This document shows, in pieces, positions 1 through 11,470 of a DNA stretch of 64,000 nt. A program made the translations under genes and the position numbers. The notes beneath the pieces were generated by a model, which searched no databases, was not told the origin of the DNA, and was given only the letters and a program-made list of their open reading frames with translations. Every line of letters starts with the position of its first letter. The stretch's first letter is position 1. The stretch is from the human T2T-CHM13v2.0 reference genome, Homo sapiens, in NCBI RefSeq assembly GCF_009914755.1, contig NC_060933.1. One strand, given 5' to 3'.

Positions 1-957
<957 letters not shown>

Positions 958-993
958 TTAGTTGATACAGTTTCTTCCTAGTCTTGATGGTCT

Positions 994-2006
994 TTACATT
1001 TTGGCATGATTTTGCAGTGGCTGGTACTGGTTGTTCCTTTCCATGTTTAGTGCTTCCTTCAGGAGCTCTTGTAAGGCAGGCCTGGTGGTGACAAAAATCT
1101 CTCAGCATTTGCTTGTCTGTATTTTATTTCTCCTTCACTTATGAAGCTTAGTTTGGCTGGATATGAAATTCTGGGTTGAAAATTCTTGTCTTTAAGAATG
1201 TTGAATATTGGCCCCCACTCTCTTCTGGCTTGTAGGGTTTCTGCCGAGAGATCCGCTGTTAGTCTGATGGGCTTCCCTTTGAGGGTAACCCGACCTTTCT
1301 CTCTGGCTGCCGTTAACATTTTTTCCTTCATTTCAACTTTGGTGAATCTGACAATTATGTGTCTTGGAGTTGCTCTTCTCGAGGAGTATCTTTGTGGCGT
1401 TCTCTGTATTTCCTGAATCTGAACATTGGCCTGCCTTGCTAGATTGGGGAAGTTCTCCTGGATAATATCCTTCAGAGTGTTTTCCAACTTGGTTCCATTC
1501 TCCCCATCACTTTCAGGTACACCAATCAGATGTAGATTTGGTCTTTTCACATAGTCCCATATTTCTTGGAGGCTTTGCTCATTTCTTTTTATTCTTTTTT
1601 CTCTAAACTTCCCTTCTCGCTTCATTTCATTCATTTCATCTTCCATTGCTGATACCCTTTCTTCCAGTTGATCGCATCAGCTCCTGAGGCTTCTGCATTC
1701 TTCACATAGTTCTCCAGCCTTGGTTTTCAGCTCCATCAGCTCCTTTAAGCACTTCTCTGTATTGGTTATCCTAGTTATACATTCTTCTAAATTTTTTTCA
1801 AAGTTTTCAACTTCTTTGCCTTTGGTTTGAATGTCCTCCCGTAGCTCAGAGTAATTTGATCGTCTGAAGCCTTCTTCTCTCAGCTTGTCAAAGTCATTCT
1901 CCATCCAGCTTTGTTCCGTTGCTGGTGAGGAACTGTGTTCCTCTGGAGGAGGAGAGGTGCTCTGCTTTTTAGAGTTTCCAGTTTTTCTGTTCTGTTTTTT
2001 CCCCAT
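994..2006 (-). pseudogene. L1 ORF1p, inactivated
   Basis: ORF-track pieces 1677-2006 and 1059-1646 are ORF1p. A premature TGA at 1677-1679 (CGA>TGA, codon 110) and indels near 1095 and 1120 (net -4 nt) shift the C-terminus. The normal stop position is 994-996. Confidence 0.93.
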
Positions 2007-2913
2007 CTTTGTGGTTTTATCTACTTTTGGTCTTTGATGATGGTGATGTACAGATGGGTTTTTGGTGTGGATGTCCTTTCTGTTTGTTAGTTTTCCTTCT
2101 AACAGACAGGACCCTCAGCTGCAGGTCTGTTGGAGTACCCTGCAGTGTGAGGTGTCAGTGTGCCCCTGCTGGGGGGGTGCCTCCCAGTTAGGCTGCTTGG
2201 GGGTTAGGGGTCAGGGACCCACTTGAGGAGGCAGTCTGCCCCTTCTCAGATCTCCAGCTGCGTGCTGGGAGAACCACTGCTCTCTTCAAAGCTGTCAGAC
2301 AGGGACATTTAAGTCTGCAGAGGTTACTGCTGTCTTTTTGTTTGTCTGTGCCCTGCCCCCAGAGGTGGAGCCTACAGAGGCAGGCAGGCCTCCTTGAGCT
2401 GTTGTGGGCTCCACCCAGTTCCAGCTTCCAGGCTGCTTTGTTTACCTAAGCAAGCCTGGGCAATGGTGGGCGCCCCTCCCCCAGCCTCGCTGCCGCCTTG
2501 CAGTTTGATCTCAGACTGCTGTGCTAGCAATCAGCAAGACTCCGTGGGCATACGACCCTCCCAGCCAGGTGCCAGATATAATCTCGTGGTTCGCCGTTTT
2601 TTAAGCCCGTCGGAAAAGCGCAGTATTCGGGTGGGAGTGACCCGATTTTCCAGGTGCCTGTCCGTCACCCCTTTCTTTGACTCTGAAAGAGAACTCCCTG
2701 ACCCCTTGCGCTTCCCAAGTGAGGCATTGCCTCGCCCTGCTTCGGCTTGCACACGGTGCACGCACCCACTGACCTGCGCCCACTGTCTGGCACTCCCTAG
2801 TGAGATGAACCCGGTACCTCAGATGGAAATGCAGAAATCACCCGTCTTCTGCGTCGCTCAAGCTGGGAGCTGTAGACAGGAGCTGTTCTTATTCGGCCAT
2901 CTTGGCTCCTCTC
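2007..2913 (-). promoter_or_regulatory. L1 5'UTR: internal sense promoter, CpG-rich, YY1 site, and antisense promoter firing on the + strand
   Basis: YY1 motif CAAGATGGCCG (cggccatcttg, 2894-2904) and retained CpGs at 2470-2900. The antisense promoter is an established property of primate L1 5'UTRs. Confidence 0.85.
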
Positions 2914-2933
2914 GATGTTATTTTTCAAGATGA
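2463..2933 (+). CDS. L1 ORF0 (antisense ORF), C-terminally extended variant, 156 aa
   Basis: ATG 2463 in strong context (gcaATGg). MVGAPPPASLPPCSLISDCCASNQQDSVG...VGVTRFSRC matches ORF0p, then the frame shifts and runs to TGA 2931-2933. Expression is unknown. Confidence 0.6.
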   Translation: MVGAPPPASLPPCSLISDCCASNQQDSVGIRPSQPGARYNLVVRRFLSPSEKRSIRVGVTRFSRCLSVTPFFDSERELPDPLRFPSEALPRPASACTRCTHPLTCAHCLALPSEMNPVPQMEMQKSPVFCVAQAGSCRQELFLFGHLGSSRCYFSR

Positions 2934-3220
2934 GGAAATTCCCCTCTGCTCTTACCTTACTGAATTTTTTTTATATCATTACTCTGTGTAGGATTTTGTC
3001 TAATAATTTTCTGCCTCAATTGGTATGATCATATGCCTTTTCTTATGTAGCTTATCGATATGGTAGATTACACTGATTAATTTTTGAATGTTGAACAAGC
3101 TATGCATACCTTCAATTAAAGGTATTAGAATAAATACAATATTCAATTGAATAAGTTCATGTTGGTCGTGGTGTACAATTCTTATTATATATATTGTTGG
3201 ATTCAGTTTGTTAAGTTTTT
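2920..3220 (-). mobile_element. Old L1M ORF2-region fragment (host of the young L1 insertion)
   Basis: Diverged antisense L1 text (ttttctgcctcaattggtatgatcatatg...gattacactgattaatttttgaatgttgaac). Confidence 0.7.
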
Positions 3221-3262
3221 CTCTTCACAGAGAAATTAAGAAGCATCTTCCTTCTTTTTAAA

Positions 3263-3424
3263 AATGTATTATTATTATTATTATTTAAATAGAGATGAGT
3301 TCTTACCATGTTGCCCAGGCTAGTCTCAAACTTCTGCAGTCAAGTAGTCTTCCCACCTTGGCTTCCCAAAGTACTGGGATTACCAAAGTACTGGGATTAC
3401 AAGTGTGAGCTACTGCTCTCAGCC
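3263..3424 (-). mobile_element. FLAM / Alu left monomer with TSD
   Basis: gagatgagttcttaccatgttgcccaggctagtctcaaac...gggattacaagtgtgagc. The flanking direct repeat cttccttctttttaaa occurs at 3247-3262 and 3424-3439. Confidence 0.85.
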
Positions 3425-3831
3425 TTCCTTCTTTTTAAAGCACTAATTAGTAAACTCTTCTACTACTTCATTTATAAACAACATGGCACTTAAAACTTTA
3501 CCTTTATCTCTGATATTAAGGTCTTCCTTTCCACCCTCACCCATGTGAATCTAGTGCCATGAGCCTGTGTACTGGCTGTGATGGACAGCTAAGTCAATCC
3601 AAGCCTCAGCCAAAGGTGGAATGAGACTCAAATGAGGAATGTGATAAAACTTGAGAAGGGCCAGCAGCAAGGTTTTCAAATGCCAAAAACCTCATCTATC
3701 AGATAGGCTCACAGGGCAGGCAGGACACAAAGAAACAATGCCATTTTCTTTTTCATATCAAAAGGCTCTCTATAGCCAGGCAAGTACCTACTGTGTAAAT
3801 CTCAGGAAGGAATCTACTTTGTATAATCGAT

Positions 3832-4235
3832 TGTCAGGTCAAATTCCCTTGAAGCACACCCCACGACAGGGTTTTAAATGCACATGATGAATTGAGGGAG
3901 TGTTCTTAAGGAAAAGTCCTGTAAAGTGGACATGAAGCAGATGAAAAAGGGGCAATAACTGAGCACGGATGTGGTCTCACATCCACAAGGGCTCTGGGGC
4001 ATAAATTGTACAACACAGCCATATTGCCTTATGGCAAGGGCTGACCTTGTGTGTGTACTCTCATGTCACTCAGCCATTGGTTCTGACCTTCTTTGGGATA
4101 CAGGATGATACTTGAGACCTTGTCAAATAAAATCCATTTCCATAGAGTAGAAGGCCATCTGTGAGTTGTTACAGCTGACCTTCACAGCAGCCTGCTGAAG
4201 GACACTGGGTGGGGCACTAAACAATGTCTAACATA
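3832..4235 (-). mobile_element. ERVL-class LTR (LTR16-like)
   Basis: tgtcaggtcaaattccc...gaaggacactgggtggggcactaaacaatgtctaaca resembles the reverse strand of the LTR16/33 group. Confidence 0.5.
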
Positions 4236-5030
4236 GTCCATTCCTTGTACTGCTCAGATCCACTTGTTTCCTGCATTCCATTCTTTCCAGCCAGCATCCA
4301 TGCACAACTATACCAGGATTCTGTGTTCACAATTCCTAGGGAAATTTACAATAGGGGGGTTTGTGGGATAAACTACAGGATCTGGTAGTCCTAACAGGCC
4401 CTGAATAAACTACTGGGACCCAAGACCCAAAACCATAGTTGGACCCAAGACCATGGTGGATATTATTATTTCCATTCCCTATCACCTATTCTAGGTTTCT
4501 CTCTCAGCTCAGGGTTCGGCTGTTCTAGCTCACCTTTTTTGGTGGGATGATCCAGATGCTCATCACTGAGGGGGTCTCAGGCCCTTAAAGGCCATGGTTT
4601 CTGCACTTGACCATTTACAGTTAAAAGTGCGCATAGCAGTACCAAGAGATGGCCTAGTAGACTATTTTAATGCCAAACATATTCTTCTCTGCCCCATTAT
4701 TTAGCAGCATTTCTACTACTTATGCTAATCAGAGACAATAATCCCTGCCTGTGTGGTAACTCTTTTCTGTGCCTCCTAGCACCATGAGCTCACAGTGAAC
4801 AAGCAGCAGACTTCATTTTAAATTGAGTTAGACTCTGATTGTGTCCTCTGGTAGAAGTGTCTCCCCATCTGGGAACTGGCACAATCAGACTGTAAGTTCT
4901 GAGAATGAGAAGCACAAATTCCCCCCAAAAAGGTCTCTTGAAATCATAAAGAGCAGGACAACTTCTACTTCCACTTTTTGGTTCATGAACTCGCATAATC
5001 TATCTACTTGGGACTCAGATCCACATAGGA
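4236..5030 (-). mobile_element. ERVL internal fragment (HERV16-like, degraded)
   Basis: Abuts the LTR. gggaactggcac...ttctgagaatgagaagcacaaattcccccc resembles the 3' internal region of ERVL. Confidence 0.45.
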
Positions 5031-5104
5031 GCCCCCTCCATCTGTGCCTTGATATTCTGAGAGGCAATGGAACGCAAATGCAGTGCTGGGGAAATTGGGA
5101 GTGA

Positions 5105-5536
5105 GTGCCTTGGGCTGGTCCCTGAGATAAGGATCTGAATGTAAGAGGCTTATGTGGGTGGTGATTACAGGAAGCTCTCCTAGAGGAGTGGGGAGATGAA
5201 ACAGGGAAGAAGAGGAAACTAATACACAGGCATTAATGAACAGGTTCGTGCTGTGGGCAACTTTCAACAAATCCCAATAAGGACCTATGGAGAAAGTGTG
5301 GATATACCTTGGAGTTTGCCACCTGAGGGGCCAGTAAACTGGAGTATTTAGTGCCCAATTCCCACCCAAAATTGGTTGAGGGCTATTCTTTAGCATTCCA
5401 TTTTGCCCCGCATGAAGGTGAGAGAGAGAAAGCCCTCCGGTAGAGTTGTAGAAGTTGGCCGTGAGACACTGTTGGTATATGTGGGAATGGTGAATGCCAA
5501 GGGGATATGGTGGACGCACTTACAGCACCTACTGTA
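5105..5536 (-). mobile_element. LTR33-like ERVL LTR
   Basis: cctgagataaggatctgaatgtaag...tgtgggcaac...attggttgagggct...ggggatatgtggacgcac matches remembered LTR33 reverse-strand text. Confidence 0.6.
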
Positions 5537-6445
5537 GGTAGGTACTCTAAATACAACGAAATTATGTTTCTATCACCCTATGCAACAGGAGCTTGTAAGA
5601 TATTTTGCTTGAGTTATTTAAGGAGAAAGAAAGTTATATTTCTTATATACTGAATTTTGTGAATGGATATTTATATACCTTACAATTGCATTCATAGTTC
5701 ACTTCCCATTTTCATTTGGGAAAATCAGTTCAGAATGTTGCTATGTACACCACTAGAGCCATGCAGAGAACTGGCCTGGCGTCGAAGAGCCACAATACAG
5801 CTCCCAGTGGGCCTTGTTTTCCTTCTTGGTAAAAAGGCAAATACCTAATTCCAAGTTCAGTTTCTGTAAAAAGCATTAAAGTTCTAGGGTAAGAGGAACT
5901 ACAAAATGACACCATAAAAGTTGACAGATCTCAGTTTACCAGTAAAGAAGGACAAATGGCACATATCAGAACAGTATTAGCCAAGATCATGTAATTACAG
6001 ATATCTAATAAATTAATTTAATGATCAATAATTTGAAATGTTAAAAGCACATGTGAGGATCAAATAAAATGGAATAAATTCAAAGAGTGTTTTAGACTTT
6101 TAAGGAAATTATGGGCAAATGATTTCTGCAGCAACCATACAGCAAACAAAACAACCCCAGACTTCATAAACACTCTGAACTGAGTATGAAACTCTAAGGC
6201 AAACCAGACACAGCATATTCCATGTTTAAGGGCACAATAGTAATTTTAGTTTACTTATTTTAGAGGAATAAGCACAAAGAGCTTCAACAAAGACAATGAT
6301 ATGGTATAGTGGACTGAATATAATACTTAGAAGATCTGGGTTTTTGGTCCTATCTTCACCACTTACATAGCTAGGAAAACTTGAGGAGGTTTCTAAATCA
6401 CTGAACCTATTTCCTGGAAATAACAATGATACCTTTCTACATACA

Positions 6446-7129
6446 CGTGTTAGTCCATTCTGCCATTGTTATAAAGAAATACCCAAGCCTGGTGCAGTGG
6501 GTGGTTCATGCCTGTAATCCCAGCATTTTGGGAGGCAGAGGTGGACAGATCACTAGAGGTCAGGAGTTCAAGATCAGCCTGGCCAACACAGTGAGACCCC
6601 CCTCTCTACAAAAAAAATAACAATTAGCTGAACGTGGTGATGGGCACCTGTAGTCTCAGCTACTCGGGAGGCTGAAGCAGGAGAATTGCTTGAGCCTAGG
6701 AGATGGAGGTTGCGGAGATTGCACCACTGCACTTCAGCCTGGGCAACAGAGCAAGATTCCATCTCAAAGAAAAAAAGAGGTTTAATCGGCTCATGGGTCT
6801 GTAGGCTTTGCAAGAAGTATAGCAGCATCTGGTCCTGGGGGGCCCCAGGAAGTTTACAATCATGGCAGAAGATGAACAGGGATCAGGCACATCACATGGA
6901 GAAAGCAAGAGCGAGAGAACAAGGGGGGAGGTGCTACATACTTTTAAAGACCAGATCTCATGAGAACTCACTCATTATCATGAGGATGGTACCAAGTGGG
7001 ATGGTGCTAGACCATTCATGAGAAACCCACCTCCATAATCCAATCATGTCCCACCAGGCCCCACCTCCAATATTGGGGATTACATTTCAATACGAGATTT
7101 GGGCTGGGACACACATCCAAACTGTATCA
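6446..7129 (-). mobile_element. MSTA-type MaLR solo LTR (contains an Alu)
   Basis: cgtgttagtccattc...gggacacacatccaaactgtatca, with 5-bp TSD ataca/atgca. Confidence 0.85.
6486..6768 (+). mobile_element. Alu (S/J type), A-tail largely lost
   Basis: Dimeric Alu with central A-rich linker, ending catctcaaag directly into LTR sequence. Confidence 0.92.
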
Positions 7130-7366
7130 ATGCATTATTACAAAGTTATATAAACTGAGATAATATATGTAATAGTACTTTGTAAACCATGTATGTTCAA
7201 CATGATTAAAGCCTCTGTTTATGTTTCAATGATAAAATTGTGGAGACAATTCACCAGAAACAACAAATAAAATTTTATACCATGCAATTAGAAAGAAAGA
7301 TGGGTTCTAAGTAGTAAAGGTAATCTTGTGTAGACTATTAATAAAAGGAAGTTTTGTCTGAATCAC

Positions 7367-7793
7367 TGTGGTAGAGACTTCCAGTGCTTACATTTATCCT
7401 GTCTCTTCTTCTTCTAGACACGTGGGAAGATTACCTTTCTCTGATGTCTTGGGATTGAACTGAGCTATGTGGCTAGTTACAGGCCAATAGGCTGTTAGCA
7501 GATGTGACATCTAACACAACTAGGCTGCAGTTTGAAATAAATACCAGTGCACAGCCTCCAGAATTCCTCCCCTGCTAAGGTGACTGAGAAGACCTCAGCT
7601 GAGATGGTGGGAAAAAAAAATATTCAAGCAGCTTGGATAACGAAGTTCCTAAATGGAAGAACATTGTCCCAGAGAGTCACTTGAACCCAGAATAGATTTA
7701 CGTGATCAGACAATAAACCTCTATGACACCCTGAGTTTATTTTGTTTTTTGATTTTGTTACTGCAGCATAACTCAACATACCCTGACTGGTAT
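7367..7793 (+). mobile_element. MLT1 (I/J-like) LTR
   Basis: tgtggtag start; aataaacctct...ttgttactgcagcataac...cctgactggtata end. Confidence 0.65.
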
Positions 7794-8895
7794 AGTCATG
7801 GAGATTATCATCAGGATCTCCTATGCTCCTGCATATGACACAGCCAGAGTTCTGCAGACATTTAACTTTGGGCATCTAAATATCATAAATGCTGCTAATC
7901 AACATGACTTTTTTTGTATTATTCCATTCAATCAATTCACTAACCTGTCTTTAGGCTACGTCTTCACAATGCTAGAAAAATCATTGGTTTAGTCAATTCA
8001 TCATTAAACAAGAAAAAAAGTTACTTTTCTTCACTCCCTCATGTGCTTTCACAGATGCATTCACAGTCACCACCAAATGTTTCCACTTTCCAAAACTTAT
8101 TTTAAATTATTTATTAAATATGTATGCGGTAAAATGCACCTGGCTAAATTGCAGTGTGGTTTTCCAAGACAAGAAGATGGCAATGACTTTGTCATTATTT
8201 ATTTATGATCCCATGTTCTTCCAAAAGAATTTGGAACACAAATGATTAATTATTCTCCAATTTCCTTAGCTGGTCTTATTCCACAGGAAACCACATTGCT
8301 ATGAAACCATCACAAAAATACTGGAGTTAAGTAAAATACATTGGATCAGTCCTTTTATAAATATTATAAAATAATGAATTATATGTCAGTGAAATAAGCA
8401 TCCAGAAAGATATCTCTACCATTATCACAAAATAGCCACGACTTTGGGCAGATTATTTATAGTCCATGAACATTTCTGTATCTTTATCATTGGGAATGTG
8501 TTGGTCATTTCACACATACTATATTGGGAAAGACAGGTAGCACTGGGAAAGGGGAATTTATATAGGGAATAAGAAACCCCAAAGGGCATTAAGCTCATTA
8601 GAAAAAAGAAAATAGAGACTTGCAAAATAAAATAAAGAATATATCATTTTTAAATTGCACTGGTGCATCAAAAATCTACATTTGATTTTTAATGTATTAC
8701 CTTTTTAAAGAACCGACTCAGAAAGAATAACCACCATATGGAGAGAGTTCACCTGGTCGGTTTCTGAAGGGGACACTGTTTCTTGTGTGGCTTTGGATCC
8801 CCTCTTTTAAATAAAAAGCACTGTCACTAACTTTTGAGACACAGTTCTGTGGTTTGGAGTTTTGTTTTTGATCCCTGTTCACAGTAAAGACTAAG

Positions 8896-9083
8896 GGAGT
8901 TGTTGTCAAAATGTGGTACCCATACCACCAGCAGCAGCATCACCTGGGAACGTTTTAGAAACATAAACTCAGCCCTATCCAGCCTATTGAATCAGAAACT
9001 CGGGGTGGAGCAAGGCACAAGGCCATCTGTTACAACAAGCCCTGCCTGCTGTCCTAACACATGCTAAAGTTTGAGAAATACTA
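8896..9083. mobile_element. MER5A (hAT-Charlie)
   Basis: cagcagcagcatcacctgggaac...tgaatcagaaactc...ctaaagtttgagaaatac. Confidence 0.8.
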
Positions 9084-9111
9084 GACAAACACTCTTGCCT
9101 TAGAAATCTGC

Positions 9112-9153
9112 AAAAAAAAAAAAAAAAAAAAAAAAAAAACAAAAAAAAAAAAA
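9112..9153 (+). repeat. Poly(A) tract (A28 C A13)
   Basis: Read directly from the sequence. Confidence 0.95.
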
Positions 9154-10282
9154 CCACACACACCTTGATCCATTAAAATGTAAACTTAACATTCAAAGAT
9201 CGGATATAAACAGAACACTTGTAAGACCTTTCCTAACATTGAAAATCTATATTTTCTGACTCTCTTAGATCGAGATATGATACCCTAAGTTTCAAAATGG
9301 AGCCAGTTTTTATATTCAAGTAATAAACTCTTGAAAATATGCAATTTGTATTGAAAGTGCTGGCACAATCTTAAGGATAGCATTGCAAATGGCGATGCTA
9401 TAATTAAGCTTCGATCTCCTTTGGAAAAAAAGGGAGAGAGAACGTGAAGAAGGAGGTTACTGTTCAATGAACTGCTCTGTCATTTGCCGCGGTGATTCTT
9501 AATCGTGTCTCATTACAGCAAGATGATCATTACTCTACTTGTCTGTCTGATTTAGAGACCACTAAAAGTGTCTTGTAACACAGCCGTCTCCCTTGCAACA
9601 GTCCTTTGGCTCTCACCCTCATTACTCAGAATCTGTCCAATTATTTGTCATTAAAGTAATAAAAAGGACTGCAGCAGAAAATGTGGGAGGTAACTGTTGG
9701 AGGTCTGCCCAGAGAGGAAAAAAAAATACAAACTGTTTTCAAGGCACTGGGAAGGTGACATCGTTAATTAAGTGTTAGGGAATATGCAAATCAGTCCCAC
9801 TCTCAAGAGACTGTAATAAAACTGAGAAAACATTATTATCAGTGCAAGTAAGAGAAGGCCGCATTACCCCATCTGGAAGACTGTGTCATTTTCTGGTGGT
9901 GACTTCAGCAAGGAGGGGAGGGAGCTGGAAAAGAGATAAAGAAGTTGGAGTTTTTCAGGGCCATCGAGTGTGCTCAGGCTGTTAAGAGTTCAGAATTAAG
10001 GTGTCAACTTGGAGGGCCAAGGGATTACAACTTTTAATGAGGGATGTTTGTCTAATCTCAGGATTTGCACACCCAATTTCCTCTGCAAAATGACTTACAA
10101 CTCATCAGTAGGCAGTGTTTTTGTAGGTTAAAGGAAGGGGAGAGGAAGTAAGGGGGAGGCTAGCAGCTGGCGTAGTAGGCATCTTGGGTGTTGTTTTAAA
10201 GGCGGTAATGAAGCAAAGCACTTAGAGGGATGTGGACACTTGTTTATTGATTACAAATATCCCAAGCACAAACAGAGACCTC

Positions 10283-10430
10283 TAGGTCTTTGCTCAAGCT
10301 GAAACTTCTGCATGGAATGCTTTTCCCCAGTCCTTCTCCATCTTGTTAACCTAACCAACTCATTTCTCATCTTTTGAAGTTTATAGTGTCAATTCCTCAT
10401 TAAAAGTATCCCCGATTCCCACCCCAGACA
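10283..10430 (+). mobile_element. L2 fragment
   Basis: ggtctttgctcaagctg...ctgcatggaatgcttttcccc. Confidence 0.5.
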
Positions 10431-10749
10431 AGTATATCAGAACAAAAACAGTGTGCTTTCTATACAAACTCAACTTCAAAGCAAGTTCTCGTGCTTTCTT
10501 ATTCCATCTAGGTTGCAGTTATTTATACACAACCTTCCTACATAAAAATAGTGAAGCTATACCCAACCTTGAAGTTTCTCAGACAGACTTTCTTTTGATC
10601 ACAAGAAAATTAGTCTTCCTCAATAACTGGCAGAAAAAGTCATCTTGCATACTGCATCGGCTAACAATTGGTGCTAAACAAACCTCCCAGGAGTTAGATC
10701 CTTAAAATAATATGGATTTATTATTACCCTGGAGTCTATTTGTTCACTG

Positions 10750-10990
10750 GGCTTGCCTATGAACTTTGGTCACCTGGAGGTTAGCTTAGGTAACTCTGCT
10801 ATTGGGTAGGCTGGGCTTGGGCACATATCTGGGTTTCTACTGGCTCAAATTTGGCCTGGGAAGGCCTTGGTTTGTACATCTAGGCTTTCCTTCATGGGGT
10901 CTTAAGTTCTCCAGTAGGCTAGCATAGGCTTGTGCACAGGCTGGTGACAGAGTTCTAAGAGAGAATGGAAGCATGTAAATCCTCTTAAGA
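10750..10990 (-). mobile_element. Old MLT1 LTR fragment
   Basis: ctccagtaggctagcataggcttg...agagagaatggaagcatgtaaatcctcttaag. Confidence 0.5.
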
Positions 10991-10999
10991 CAACTTTTA

Positions 11000-11470
11000 C
11001 AACCAGGATATGCTGAGAATTTTCCAAACCATTGAGTGCTGGTTGCTTTTTGCTTAAGTTTCTTCCTCAATTCTTTTCCCTCTTGTAATTTACTATAAGA
11101 AGCAAGAAGAAACCAGGCTACATTTTAGCACTTTGCTTGGAAACCTCTTCAGCTAAGTATCCAAATTCATCGCTTAAAAGTTCTATATTTCACACAACTA
11201 TAGAACATAATTCAGCCATGTTTTCTGTTACTATGTAACAAGCATTTCCTTTCTTCCAGTTTCCAATAACACATTTCTCATTTCCCTCTGAGACCTCACT
11301 AGCAGAGTCTTAACATCCAGATTTCTACCAACAGTCTATTCAAGACAATCTAGGCATTTTCTATCATGCATCTCAAAATTTTTCCATCTTCTACCATGAT
11401 CCAATTCCAGAGTCACTTTTGCGCTTTTTGGTATTTGCTATAGCAGCACCCCACTTCCAGTACCAAAATC
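11000..11470 (-). mobile_element. MLT1 internal (5' part)
   Basis: Ends tatagcagcaccccacttccagtaccaaaatc, the reverse of the MaLR internal start, directly against the LTR. Confidence 0.75.

Larger units (their letters stand above)
6297..7190 (+). mobile_element. MIR, split by the MSTA insertion (pieces about 6297-6445 and 7130-7190)
   Basis: tRNA-derived head (atggtatagtggactg) and core on the left; aaactgagataatatatgtaatagtactttgtaaac on the right. Confidence 0.55.

Noticed and set aside
5004-5519. 171-aa minus-strand ORF
   Set aside because: Lies in a decayed LTR33-like element, with no recognisable domain.
6297-6330. tRNA-like heads of MIR elements as tRNA genes
   Set aside because: Degenerate SINE heads with no cloverleaf.
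6426-7021. Alu/MST-derived ORFs (also 16043-16309, 29047-29331, 48705-48974, 53175-53591, 61108-61482)
   Set aside because: Typical Alu or LTR translation artefacts (for example [12 protein letters not shown]).
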